A DNA stretch of 64,000 nt from Macrostomum hystrix (lineage: Eukaryota > Animalia > Platyhelminthes). Made by a program: the position numbers and the translations under genes. The notes beneath the pieces are model-generated. The model did no database searches. It worked only from the letters and a program-made list of their open reading frames with translations, and had not been told where the DNA came from. The DNA is taken from the NCBI GenBank assembly GCA_950097015.1, contig CATNEN010000011.1, positions 5,270,001 to 5,334,000 of the forward strand, written 5' to 3'. This document shows, piece by piece, positions 38,170 through 51,285 of the stretch; within the stretch, counting starts at the first letter, position 1; each line of letters starts with the position of its first letter.

Positions 38170-39550
38170 GGTCATGGTTGATTGTCAGATGGGCTGATTG
38201 AATAACAGGTATAGGCATGGTTGATTGACAGCGGGCTGATTGAATAACAGGTATAGGCATGGTTGATTGTCAGATGGGCTGATTGAATAACAGGTATAGT
38301 CATGGTTGATTGACAGCGGGCTGATTGAATAACAGGTATAGTCATGGTTGATTGACAGCGGGCTGATTGAATAACAGGTATAGTCATGGTTGATTGACAG
38401 CGGGCTGATTGAATAACAGGTATAGGCATGGTTGATTGACAGCGGGCTGATTGAATAACAGGTATAGTCATGGTTGATTGACAGCGGGCTGATTGAATAA
38501 CAGGTATAGGCATGGTTGATTGACAGCGGGCTGATTGAATAACAGGTATAGTCATGGTTGATTGACAGCGGGCTGATTGAATAACAGGTATAGTCATGGT
38601 TGATTGTCAGATGGGCTGATTGAATAACAGGTATAGGCATGGTTGATTGTCAGATGGGCTGATTGAATAACAGGTATAGTCATGGTTGATTGTCAGATGG
38701 GCTGATTAAATAACAGGTATAGGCATGGTTGATTGACAGCGGGCTGATTGAATAACAGGTATAGTCATGGTTGATTGACAGCGGGCTGATTGAATAACAG
38801 GTATAGTCATGGTTGATTGACAGCGGGCTGATTGAATAACAGGTATAGTCATGGTTGATTGACAGCGGGCTGATTGAATAACAGGTATAGTCATGGTTGA
38901 TTGACAGCGGGCTGATTGAATAACAGGTATAGTCATGGTTGATTGACAGCGGGCTGATTGAATAACAGGTATAGTCATGGTTGATTGACAGCGGGCTGAT
39001 TGAATAACAGGTATAGGCATGGTTGATTGACAGCGGGCTGATTGAATAACAGGTATAGGCATGGTTGATTGACAGCGGGCTGATTGAATAACAGGTATAG
39101 GCATGGTTGATTGACAGCGGGCTGATTGAATAACAGGTATAGGCATGGTTGATTGACAGCGGGCTGATTGAATAACAGGTATAGGCATGGTTGATTGACA
39201 GCGGGCTGATTGAATAACAGGTATAGGCATGGTTGATTGACAGCGGGCTGATTGAATAACAGGTATAGGCATGGTTGATTGACAGCGGGCTGATTGAATA
39301 ACAGGTATAGGCATGGTTGATTGACAGCGGGCTGATTGAATAACAGGTGTAGTCATGGTTGGATGTCAGATGGGCTGATTGAATAACAGGTGTGGTCATT
39401 GTTGATTGACAGGTGGGCTGACTGAATAACAGGTAGAGTCATGGTTGATTGACAGCGAGCTGATTGAATAACAGGCATGGTCATTGTTGAATGACAGGTG
39501 AGCTGATTGAATCGCAGGTATGGTCATTGTTGATTGACACGGAGCAGATT
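38170..39550. repeat. 42-bp minisatellite (catggttgattgacagcgggctgattgaataacaggtatagt), ~30 copies
   Basis: Direct repetition. Confidence 0.98.
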
Positions 39551-40244
39551 GATTGACAGGTGGTGCATTATTAGTTCACAGACGGGGTTATTGTTAATTT
39601 ACAGTTGGGATTATAACTGGTGTGTTTAATCAATACACAAATGTTTTTTTAAAAAACGACTTTTAACTTGTTAGTATCATTACATTTTATTGTTCTTATA
39701 GATTTTAGCTGTAACTGCTACAACTTCTCTTCTACTGCACATATTTATATATGACCTGTTCTTTTCTATCAAAAGCTCTAATGGTTTTGGGAAATTTAAA
39801 AATAAAAGTTCGCTGCAACATGGCTGTATCATTTTTGTGCATTTCAATAATGCATTCAATAAAATAATTTGTTTTAAGGCAATATTTTATTGTGTCAGCA
39901 GACTATTTCCTTTTTGTCTGCAGCAAATAAAATATAGAATGAGTAGAAATAAAAAAAACGTGTATTTTTTCCTGCGTCGCGTGTTACACAAAATCGAAAT
40001 TCAAGATGGTCAAAAGTCAGAGAGCAAAGTCATTACAAATAGCAACTCAATCACAGATAGACTCTAGACAAGAAAGGCTTTGTCATTGTTTTAAGTGGAG
40101 AAATAAATATAGTAGCTGAGAAAAGATAAAATGAGTAAATTATGAAACTGAAAATTATTTTTTTTTTCTACTAAAAACATATTTTCTTAAAACGTGTGCC
40201 ACTACTGGTGAGTAGTGCTGCACTGAAAATGCCGGCCATTGCGG

Positions 40245-43200
40245 TCACTCGCAGCTGCCCAGACTGGAGGATCTGTACTGCAGCATCTCGCCGCCGGCGT
40301 TGTGCCACCACAGGAAAGCCAGGGCAACCGTCGTGTGCCACCACTGGTGCGATGAGCCGATGAAATCAACCCGACCTGTGGCAATTGCATTAGTACTACT
40401 CTTAGTAGTTTCTTAATAATAGAAACTTAATTACTAATACACAACTTACCTGGCAATATGCATTCTGGAAACTTGCTGACGTAGAAGAACATGCCTAGCA
40501 TGGCCAACAGATACATGACGACTATCTTGTGAAAGAAGAGCTGAAATTAACGGGTTGAAGGGTATTAGTTCCACCTGCTCTAATTGGGTCGGATGTGCAG
40601 CCAATTGCGCGGCGAATCTAAAGCCAGCGTACGGCCGTGGACTGGGGCAGATAAGAAGTTTTGCTGGTACCAATGAACTGTACCATTGCAGAGTTGAGTG
40701 TCTTGCTACTTGCTACAAACTGTTCTAGTGAAATCGGGAATCGAACCCCCGACCTTTCAAGTCGTAAGTCGCTACTATTGTAACCCCTAGGCTACAATCC
40801 ACCTACGAATGGAATCGAATTGGAACTCCCGACCTTCTTATCTAAAGTCTGAAGCATTAAAAAGTCAACTGCTGCTCAAACCGCAGAGTTCTCACCGAAA
40901 CTACGGGCGCCCCGAAGCCGCCGTTCAGGTAGACCCAGTGCACGGCTGGCAGGGTGCCAAAGCCAGCTAGGCAGCAGTACATTGGCAGCAGGATGCGTTT
41001 GAAAGCTTTGGAATGGCCCCTGGTGTGCAGCGAGCAGTACAGGGCTAGGAGGCACATTGAGCAGCTCACGAACAGATAGATGTCTCGCCACAGCTAATCG
41101 TGTAGAAACAAACATTTGAAATTCACTGGACTACTTTTTGATAATGAAAAATGCTAACTCAAACGCTGACCCCTAATAAAAAGACGACTAAAAATCTCAC
41201 CATATCAGGAGTATGTGCTCGAAATTTCACCCAACTAATAGTAGGAACTCAAAATATCAACCTACCAGTAATGAGTACTCAAAATATTAAAAAGTCAAGA
41301 TTAGGTACTCAAAATCTCATCAAGTCAAGATTAAGTACTCAAAATCTCATCAAGTCAAGATTAAGTACTCAAAATCTCACCAAGTCAAGATTAAGTACTC
41401 AAAATCTCACTAAAGTTAAGATTGAGTATTTAAAATGTCACCAAGTCAAGGAAAGTACTCAAAATCTCACAAAGTCAAGATTGAGTACTCAAAATGTCAC
41501 CAAGTCAAGACTGAGTACTCAAAATCTCACCAAGTCAGGATTGAGTACTCAAAATCTCAACAAGTCAGGATTGAGTACTCAAAATCTCACCAAGTCAAGA
41601 TTGAGTACTCAAAATCTCATCAAGTCAAGATTGAGTACTCAAAATCTCACCAAGTCAAGATTGAGTACTCAAAATCTCACCAAGTCTGGATTGAGTACTC
41701 AAAATCTCACCAAGTCAAGATTGAGTACTCAAAATCTCACCAAGTCAAGATTGAGTACTCAAAATCTCACCAAGTCAAGATTGAGTACTCAAAATCTCAC
41801 CAAGTCAAGATTGAGTACTCAAAATCTCACCAAGTCAAGATTGAGTACTCAAAATCTCATCAAGTCAACATTAAGTACTCAAAATCTCACCAAGTCAAGA
41901 TTGAGTACTCAAAATCTCACCAAGTCAAGATTGAGTACTCAAAATCTCACCAAGTCTGGATTGAGTACTCAAAATCTCACCAAGTCACGATTGAGTACTC
42001 AAAATCTCACCAAGTCAGGATTGAGTACTCAAAATCATACCGTCTGGATTAAGTACTCAAAATCTCACCAAGTCAAGATTGAGTACTCAAAATCTCACCA
42101 AGTCAAGATTGAGTACTCAAAATCTCACCAAGTCAAGATTGAGTACTCAAAATCTCACCAAGTCTGGATTGAGTACTCAAAATCTCACCAAGTCAAGATT
42201 GAGTACTCAAAATCTCACCAAGTCAAGATTGAGTACTCAAAATCTCACCAAGTCAAGATTGAGTACTCAAAATCTCACCAAGTCAAGATTAAGTACTCAA
42301 AATCTTATCAAGTCAACATTAAGTACTCAAAATCTCACCAAGTCAAGATTGAGTACTCAAAATCTCACCAAGTCAAGATTGAGTACTCAAAATCTCACCA
42401 AGTCAAGATTAAGTACTCAAAATCTCATCAAGTCAACATTAAGTACTCAAAATCTCACCAAGTCAAGATTGAGTACTCAAAATCTCACCAAGTCAAGATT
42501 GAGTACTCAAAATCTCAACAAGTCAAGATTAAGAACTAAAAAATCACCCCAATAAATAGGGAGTACTCAAAATCTCACCAAGTCAAGAACGAGTGCTAAA
42601 AATGTCACGCTATAAGTAAATATCGGAAGTAAATAAACAGACGCACCGAAAGGCAGTAGAAGCCGAAGTGCACAGAGGGCAGGTAGCAGCCAATCAGGCC
42701 AACGCAGATGCCTGCCTGGTCGATGCTGAGCCAACGCCAGAATGCCCTCTCCGAGTGGCATTTGAATGTGTGATAGCCGCATGAGCACAGCATGCAGAAC
42801 TGAGCGGGAGAGCAGGGTGGGTGCCGATTTTCGATAAGCAAATTTTTTGCAGATCGGGAAAGCACAAATTAGAGGAAGAAACGGAAAGGGGAAAGGAAGA
42901 GCAGGAGGGGAAGAGATGAAAGGAAGAGAAGGAAACGGAAGAGAAATAGAGGAAGAGAGGAAAGGGATCAGAGAGGAAGAGATCAAAGGGGAGAGGAAGA
43001 GAGGGAAGGGGAGAGGAAGGGAGGGAAGGGGAGAAGAAGGGAGGGAAAGGGGAGAGGAAGAGAGGGAAGGGGAGAAGAAGAGAGGGAAAGGGGAGAGGAA
43101 GAGAGGGAAAGGGGAGAAGAAGGGAGGGAAGGGGAGAGGAAGAGAGGGAAAGGGGAGAAGAAGGGAGGGAAGGGGAGAGGAAGAGAGGGAAAGGGGAGAA

Positions 43201-43892
43201 GAAGGGAGGGAAGGGGAGAGGAAGAGAGGGAAAGGGGAGAGGAAGAGAGGGAAAGGGGAGAGAAAGAGAGAAAGGGGGAAAGAAAGAGAGGAAAGGGAGA
43301 GGAAGAGGCAAGGTGTGCCGGCTACCTGAAAGCAGAGCAGGGCGCCAGTTACAATCAGGTGGTCGGCCAGTGTTCCATTGTACATGGGTATAAACACCAG
43401 ATTATCGACAATCATCAGGAGGAAGAATAATGCGAACCCAAACAGATGAGACCAGATGTTTAATGTTTCGTTGGTCCACAGGAATATGCTGCAAGGCAAC
43501 GATTTGACAATAACAAATTGAAATGCACAGCATATGATCTGGGATCTGGGAAGAATATTTACTTGCAATAGAAACTTGTTGGCCAACAGTGAAACTCAGA
43601 AACTGCCTCACCTTCTAATGCAGGCAATGCCAGACAGATAGGCGGTGTATCCCTCACGGATGTGGCCATTGTGGCGCAGGAATTGCGGCACATCGCTATA
43701 CTTAAACACATCGATGTCGCCAGTGTGGCACAGGGCAGATAATTGTCCGCATCGACCATTTCTATCTGCGGTATTTGGCGAACCCTTCTGTTCTAGCTCT
43801 GACGTATCCAACTTGACATCCAGGATGTGATAGCTGCAGCGGGAGCGCCGGAGGCTGCCACCAATGGTGCCGTCAGAAGTTCTGGGAAGCAT
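40245..43892 (-). CDS. PAQR3: Progestin and adipoQ receptor family member 3-like (HlyIII family, 7TM)
   Basis: Exons 43612-43892, 43326-43488, 42647-42799, 40896-41093, 40450-40540, 40245-40375 join in frame; NETLNIWSHL, SCGYHTFKCH, DQAGI, GTLPAVHWVYLNGG, SKFPECILPGRVDFIGSSHQWWH. Confidence 0.92.
40550..40812 (-). mobile_element. Degenerate SINE family A copy in PAQR3 intron
   Basis: gggtcggatgtgcagccaattgcgcggcgaatcta...gaatcgaacccccgacctttcaagtcgt...ggctacaatccacctac. Confidence 0.7.
41270..42595. repeat. 30-bp intronic minisatellite (gagtactcaaaatctcaccaagtcaagatt), ~43 copies
   Basis: Direct repetition; each unit carries the palindrome GAGTACTC. Confidence 0.98.
42870..43305. repeat. 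Purine-rich low-complexity tract in PAQR3 intron
   Basis: ggggagaggaagagagggaa repeats. Confidence 0.92.
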
Positions 43893-44099
43893 TTCAATAG
43901 CTATTTGGTGGCAGCCAAAATCCTGAATACCAACTCGCCGCTTCTGACTGCTGCTGCTGCTGCCGTTTCTGCTGCAATTTCATTCAATTTCCTTGAAATT
44001 AGCTTCGATTTAGCAGTAATTAGAACATTTGATTTGGACAAATAAAAATGTGGCGAGGTGACTTGATGAAGCATAGACTGGAGGGACGCCCCACCCACC

Positions 44100-44192
44100 C
44101 CAATTACCCCAGCTGATGCTGGACCCATGTAACAGCTGGGTGAACTGGACCCATGTAACAGCAATTCGCAGTTAAGTGTCCTTCAAATGACA
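44100..44192 (-). mobile_element. SINE family A fragment
   Basis: acccatgtaacagctgggtgaactgg...gcagttaagtgtcc...gacaaaaatt. Confidence 0.6.
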
Positions 44193-46744
44193 AAAATTCT
44201 TCTTGAGGAGTTATGTGGCATTTTTCAAGAATAATTGACAATAATTATTTTAACAGATAACTTGTAACTTGCTTTATTTATTAATATCTCTGTACATCTA
44301 AATGCATTGGAAAAGAAATAACAGGCACCTTAAATTTTGTTTTTCTGTTAGTTTTATCTGCTAGATTGTTTCAAATTTCTGGCTATCAAAGTTTTAAAAA
44401 AATGATCATACCAAGTAGGCAAAAAGCAAATAATTTACAGCAAAAGCTTCATTTTGTATTTCTGCAGGTAAAGGATATTTTTCTGATTGTTATAAAGTTT
44501 ATAGCATTAGCAATGCACAATTTTAGTGATGTTCTAAGGAAGTACAGTGGTTTTTATCTATCAGTTTCTATCAATGACTTAAGAGGATTGTATTATAATC
44601 TAATAGGGCTTATTAGTTGGTAAAATGACGCATTGAAGGGAATAGTAATGGTGTTTATTTAACATGCAGTCAGCATAAATTGTGTGCATTTTGCATGAAA
44701 ATATAAAAAGTCAGGTTTTTGTTCCACCAAAAAATAAATCCAGTCACCTAATTATCCACCATGATAATTAGGAATGGAAATTACAATGACCTACACATTC
44801 AATAGTTATCTATTTTTTTGTTGCTAGCTAGGCCTCTGCCCAAATATTTTTATGAGACCTAGCTAGCTACATCATTCACAATATTCGCATAGTTAGCAAA
44901 GCATTTGGTAGCTTTGGCTACTATGTCTATAAGATAAATAGATTTGCTTAAAAAAGCTGCGCGTTTTTTTAAACTGTTTGCTATTGCTTACAATAGGCCT
45001 GTGTTAGGCCTAGCCTAAGCATTTGTTATATTAGTATATATATTAATACTTCTAAATAATGTTTGCTAGTCAATCTAAAAAGCTACACATCACACACACA
45101 GCAATCTAGATATGGCAAGAAAAATACACTAAGCAATATTGTTGTATATACCAGAAGTTTTACTATTACAACTTTAAATCTGAGAGTTAATTTAGGCCTA
45201 CAAGTTACAACTTAGTTTTTTAAAAATGTTTACAGTTCAATTAGTTCATGTCCGTGTAAGCAAAGTTTGCTAAATGTACTAATGGACTAATACACTAATA
45301 CTACATAAATGTTTAGAACATACTAACATGCATACTTATACTAACTACGAAGAAGGTCATACTAAGCCTATATACTACTACTAGATTATGATAAAAAGAG
45401 AAACTATGTATTATGCATTACATAAAAGTGTTAAATGTAACAAACATCTTACATTTTACGTAATTCATAAGTTCATCTTAGGAATTACGGCTAAGCTGAT
45501 AAATTAAAATTAGAAAATGAAACTGTCTCTTTATAAGTAACATTTAATTAGAACAAACGACAAATAAGTTAAGAAAATATTTTATTTAGCCTAAAAACAA
45601 GTGAAAATCTAGGCCCAAGAACCCTCGGCTTTCTAATGAATAGATAAATTAGTTCAGTGGGAGTGAAATTGGACAGATACTGCTGTTCTACTTTACCGTG
45701 TGCTCTGTTGTTATGGCACTGACTTTAGTATAAGAAAAAAATGTACTAAAAATCTGCCTTCGATAATAATCAAAGCTATTATAAGCACTACTGACAACTT
45801 AAACAAGAAATTAAAACCTTCACTAAACTTTCAGCTCCCGAAAAGTAACCACAAAAGATAAAAACACGGAATTTATACGTTTGCTGTTTCGGACGACAAA
45901 TTTCTTTATAAAAACGCATTATCTATTTGTGGTGTCGTTGCCGCCAGACCGTATTTCCTGAAGAGATTAGCCTGAGTTTTAACTTAATTTTAATAGTACT
46001 GGCCATCGCGTATGAGCATCAGCTAACTGCTAATCGCGCACATCATGCATTAATCATTCACATATTTGATCATAACTCATGATCCTTTTAGTTTTGGTTA
46101 TTAGTTTCGTGGCACATACTTATGGCTGCGCACCACTAGTCGCAGTATATATTCTTGCCAAAAAGCTCCTGAAAACTAAAATGTGATCGAGTGGCATTTG
46201 TCACCTCTAGGCTACTCAGCTTGTAGACAAGGGTGACTTGTTTTTACATTTTAGTGCGCGATCTGGGAATTTCTGTTTACAAAGACACGATGTGGTAGTA
46301 ATTATCTTGAATGGAGGTTGCGAGTTCGAATACTGGCAACTTGGACAAGTAACTTAATTCCATATACTTAGTATTGATTGCTTCCAGGTTGGAACCCAGG
46401 TTGGAACCTAGAAGGAATTAATTTCTTAATACTGAGACCCGTATAACATTTAGACGTATCTAGACGTACTAGGGACGTCCCAACTTTGGTCTATTTGACA
46501 AATTCTGGGACGTACAGATGCGTCTTTATGGGAAGTACCAGGGACGTCCCAGGACGTAACCTTGAGACGTTTCAGCCGAGACGTCCCACGGACGTCGCTG
46601 CTCGACAGATGTCTACAGAAACAGTATTTATCATCTAGAGTCTGCATGGGGCAGACTTACATTTATGAACATGCAGTGCAATATTGGTTTATAAGTTCAA
46701 TTTCAACATAAGTAATTTCTAACTATTTCGTCTAAATAGTACCT

Positions 46745-46758
46745 GTAACCATGGAAAC
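46745..46758. promoter_or_regulatory. Candidate RFX X-box GTAACCATGGAAAC
   Basis: Matches the palindromic X-box consensus GTNRCCATGGNAAC. Confidence 0.45.
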
Positions 46759-47009
46759 GCAAAAACGATTTTGGCCAATTCCCTTAAAAAAGTATCGCAT
46801 TTTTTTCTCTGCTGTAAGGCCATAGGGAAATACCAATTAGGTGTGGCTTGACAAAATTATCTTTGAAAGCTTTCGGTCAAAAGCTCTAGCAGAATTCACG
46901 CTTGTCTGCACTGCTAAAGAAAAAATTGACTTACACCTTTAACTTGGTGAGTTTAAATAAATTAGAACGTGCTTTCAAGCGTCGCTTATTCCACTGATTG
47001 TATGGCGAA

Positions 47010-47297
47010 ATGCTTGCTGCAGTGCTGAAGGTGGCTGCGCTCTGCGCGCTACAGACGGCAGTTCGGGCCTCTCCAAGCCAGCAGTTCGACTGTGTGATCG
47101 GCAGCCTCTGCACGTTCGTGTTCAACAGGTGCAGCAGCACCTGCGGCTGCTCCAGGACTGGCCGGCTGTTCGTGAATTGCCAGCCGGGACCGTCTGGCTA
47201 CGCTGACGAGAAGTGCGGAGTGATGTACCGAGCGAAACCAACAATTACGGATCGGAGAACGCTACCATTGTTAACAAAAAATTTTCTTCGAAGCTGA
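47010..47297 (+). CDS. Small Cys-rich secreted-type protein (copy 1); 3' end uncertain
   Basis: Signal-like MLAAVLKVAALCALQTAVRA; CVIGSLCTFVFNRCSSTCGCSRTGRLFVNCQPGPSGYADEKCGVMYR; high GC3. Confidence 0.55.
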   Translation: MLAAVLKVAALCALQTAVRASPSQQFDCVIGSLCTFVFNRCSSTCGCSRTGRLFVNCQPGPSGYADEKCGVMYRAKPTITDRRTLPLLTKNFLRS

Positions 47298-47617
47298 AGA
47301 TGTCAGCGATGCCTACTCGCAGGTAATAATGTCACTGCGAGTGCTTGTCACCATTTGACTATTGAACTCCAACAAGCGTATCTGTGCAGAGCTCTAAAAA
47401 AGGATACAAGCTTTAGGACAGTCAGGAACAAGAGGCCACGTCAGAATGTATTATTTCGTGTTTTTTCCTCTCAACACGAATATACACATGTACAAATACT
47501 CACAGTGATGCACCTTTGTACATCTGCCCCACTATCAACTGTCACCACTGTTTAATACAGTATAACAATCGATTGAGTTTTCGCAGTAAGAGACCGTCTT
47601 TACGGCTCTTAGAGATT

Positions 47618-47928
47618 GTAGAGGTTGTAGCCTAGTGTTTAGAGCGTCGGACGCACGACTTGAAGGTCAGGGGTTCGATTCCTGACTCCACTGGAACAAT
47701 TTGTGTCGTTTAGCAAGACACTCAAATCTGTATTGCTTCAGTTCACCCAGCTGTTAAATGGGTACCAGCATTAGCTGGGATATTTGAAGGTGGGTGTGGC
47801 GTCCCCCCAGTCCATCGACTAAACAGCCGTACGCAGCCTTCAGATGCGCCGCGTAATAGCTGCGGCTGTGCTGTCGGCTGCACATCTGGCCCAATCAGAC
47901 AGGTGTAATAAATTATTAAATTATTAAC
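47618..47928 (+). mobile_element. SINE family A, full-length copy
   Basis: Near-identical to 886-1192 including the caggtgtaataaattatt tail. Confidence 0.9.
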
Positions 47929-48183
47929 AATCGAAAATTAGCTATGTAAACTATCAAAATGAAAGAACTTTTTCGATTTTTTACAATTGAAGCAAATACT
48001 GTCAAGATTATCCTATACAAATTCAACTAATAAAAAGTATAATTTACCCATTTTTATATCAAATCGTCCGTCAGCCAAAAGACTCATAAAAGACTCAGAG
48101 ACTCGCTGTCACTATGGAAAGAATTCCGATTTTTTTAAAGAAGACCTGAACTGAGGCACAATGTTGCATTGCATGAGAAACAG

Positions 48184-48613
48184 AATTTCTCCTGCTTTTC
48201 TTGTTGGCTTCAAGCCACGGTGAAGCCTCCAGTACAACCAGCTACTCCGCCATCGACGCCTTCCTGTGCGTGGCCAGCGAGTACATCGAGTACTGGCGTC
48301 CTGCCAGCTGTTTGTGTTCGACAAGTGCAGCAAGTCGGTGCGCTCCGACTGCCACTGCACAAAGCGCGGCCAGCTGCTCGTGAAGCAGCAGCCGGGACTG
48401 TCGGCGGGCTCGCTGTGTCCCGCCGACTTCGGCTACGCCCACTGCGGAGTGAAATATCGAGGGTACAATGGCGCTGGCGACTGGCAGCTGGGCAAGCGGC
48501 GTTGCGAGTCCAAGAGCGGGCTCGTCATCGTGGCCGACGCTGTTGATATGGACGAGCTCGCTCATCTCAACCTGGTGCGCAGACAGACAATGTCTGTGCA
48601 GACCACAGCGTGA
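48184..48613 (+). CDS. Cys-rich secreted-type protein (copy 2), apparently frameshifted near 48290-48302
   Basis: Frame A FLLLFLLASSHGEA...AFLCVASEYIEY, then frame B CQLFVFDKCSKSVRSDCHCTKRGQLLVKQQPG...HCGVKYR; aligns by eye to copy 1. Confidence 0.5.
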
Positions 48614-49379
48614 GTTGGAGGACTCCAAAAGGTGCACTTTGCGAATGCGTCGCACCGTTCGACTAATCAAAGGCTGTATTATAGATGATTTATTCTTCTG
48701 GATGATCAACTTATTTCTCCGAGTCGCAATGACCACTTACTAACTGTACACGGGTCCCGGTATTAGCTGTTGCTGTCTGAGCTATGCATCATTTAAAGGC
48801 ACAGTTATCTCTACCCGCCTATGCGATACACTGAGACTGCTGTGTGAGAAAAAGAGCACTTGATTATCAGAGACTTGCGTGCGTAAATTGATTAGCAAGT
48901 CGAAGCCTGTAAGGCTGCAAACTTTGCTTGATGGCGTGTTTCACAAGCAGTGCCTGACGCAAATTCAATTGGGAAGGACCTCGGTTGGACTGTATTGTGG
49001 TTTGAGTTGCCTGTTGCTGAGATAATACTCTTTAGCCTTGGCCGAGTCTAGTTCCTTTAGCAGCACTGATTTAGTCTGTGCGGACTATAAGTTGTTCGAT
49101 CAAGTCAAGCTCGAAAGGTAATTGAGTTAACTGACTAGGCAAGCATTGCTCAATGTAGCATGAATGCAGCATGCCTCAACCCGACCCCCGCTTCATCAGA
49201 AGGCGGATTGCAGCCTCCAAAAGTCTTCGACTTAAAAAAAAGTTTAATGAAAAAAACAAGAGGAAAAGTTGCGCAGCGCATTCAAATGTTGTGTACAGAT
49301 GTTCAGTCCATGGACATGTAATGCCGGCGGCCGCCAAGGCCATAAAAATATCTACCCCAGCTAAAATATCTGTACCCAG

Positions 49380-49716
49380 GGGGTCGGTGGCAGAGCGGTT
49401 AACTCGTTTGCCTCTCGCACCACAGTCCCAAAGTTCGATTCCGCGGCGACACCACATTCATTTGGGGCGCAGCTGCGGAGGGAAGGCTTGGGGGCTTGTC
49501 ATGCAATTTACGCCCTTGAGGGCCAACCTCCAAGGCACAGTGACAGTGTACACTGCCTGACGATGAGAAAGTCGGGGCAGATGTACACACTAGAGTGAGC
49601 GTGTGCCTGTGTTCGGTATCTGTGTGCGTGTGTGCTCAGGAGTCAGCGGAATGGGCAGAATTGCCTCCTCGCTGGCTGCCGGTCTAGTGTCACCAAATGA
49701 TGTGCTATTGCCCGCA
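49380..49716 (+). mobile_element. SINE family B, full-length (tRNA-derived)
   Basis: A-box tggcagagcgg, B-box gttcgattcc; body shared with 7 other copies. Confidence 0.88.
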
Positions 49717-51285
49717 GCCCTCCTGCAACTAATATTAATAATGCTAGTACCTATATTTTGCATCTTGGTGAGCTGAAGCAGTGGGAAGTTGAGAGGCTCA
49801 CTGCAGTGGTTGTCCTATATCAAAGACCTCTTCTATAATGCCAGAAAGACGACGGGTGGACATGTCAAATACCCTTTTTTCTTTTTTTCTGCATCGCCTG
49901 AAATGCACACAAAAATCGCCATGAAAATTCAGAGCTCACGTCAAAGTGCACCCTGCACTACTCTTAGATTTGATTGCCACATCAGCGTTAGACTAGTGAT
50001 TAGGCTAGCAATCAGATAAAATTACTGAATATCAATGCGATTTTATCTAGGCCTACATTAGTTTAAATTTCGCGCTTTGAACTGAACTGGCTAAATGAAA
50101 ACGTTAAACTGTTAATTTCACGCGTCCATTTCGATTTTAAACACTTCGCCTAGCCGGACAGTCGTTGAATATCTATCCCTAGGGTAATTGCCAGTGGGAA
50201 AAGAGGGAAGAGAGCAATCGGACCTGGGCTAGATAAAAATTGCGGAAATTTATTCACTCTCCACCAACCATCTGCGAGTTCGCGTTTTTCTGCCAGTCGA
50301 TTCTCAAATGCGAATGAGTCGCTAGGGCTCGAGTCCGATTTGCAGATAAATTGGCCTCGCGCCCATGCAGTTGCTGTTGGTTTGCCGGACACGCTAAGCC
50401 AACCGATTCGAACCATCGCGTGCTTTTGTTATCTCTTGTCTGCAGAACTGATTTCACTGCTAGCAATCTGGTAAGTTCGGGAAAAAACCGTTTGTTGGCT
50501 AATTTGGGCCATAGACTATTCTCAGTGGCTAAGAGCTATTCTTTGGACATTCAAAACGTTAGTGTCTATGGTACATAGACATTTTATTATTAATAATAAA
50601 ACGAGAACGTGGCCTACAGCGGGTGCCAAACGCATTGCGAAACAGGGCCGCATTTCCCTACTCAACAAACTCAATAGACATACTCAACAGTGTAGTGTGA
50701 TATAATGACCACAATGACCTAGGGTCAAATAAGGCGCTACAATATCCTATTAGGCATGCATTGGAATAAGTACAAGCGATTTCTTCCGTGGCAGAACCCT
50801 AAAGGCGATTGTGTACTTTTAGATGCCTCACATTGAGGTCAAGCACTTAGCTTAATTAATTTGATCTTTCTTGTGCAGTACAGAGTGAATAGCTGAGCCT
50901 GCAGCTCTGCTGGCCTGTCAATTATTTTTTATCTTAAGGCAAAACCAAATCATAAAAAACTGCCTGACAGCACCGCCTGAGAAACCCGATTATCATTCCA
51001 GACGGTGGGGTGCACTTTTAACTTTCCAAGAAACTCTCCCTCAATCTGGTTTTGATTTCTTGGAAAACAGTTCTATGGCATCAGTGGACCATCATCAGAC
51101 AATTCGAGCATCGAGGTTAAGACATTGTGGAATCTGAAAAAAAGCTTCTGAAAAAATTTACGAACAAGAGAAGCAGAAAAAACACATGACTGAAAAGTTC
51201 CGTCCGCTCTACTTACAGTAGGAACGTGAGACACAGACACTAAGCCTACGGAAAACTAATTATCAGATTAGAAAGCTGCGTCGAA

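Noticed and set aside
8340-42555. Long repetitive ORFs (PDSSIYP, LSVLGVH, STQNLTKSRL, YTCYSISPLSINHA, MESQQQSC)
   Set aside because: Translations of stop-poor minisatellites, open in several frames or strands and mostly inside introns of other genes
43901-44164. Minus ORF upstream of PAQR3
   Set aside because: Different frame, stops before the PAQR3 ATG and starts within a SINE fragment; at most a uORF
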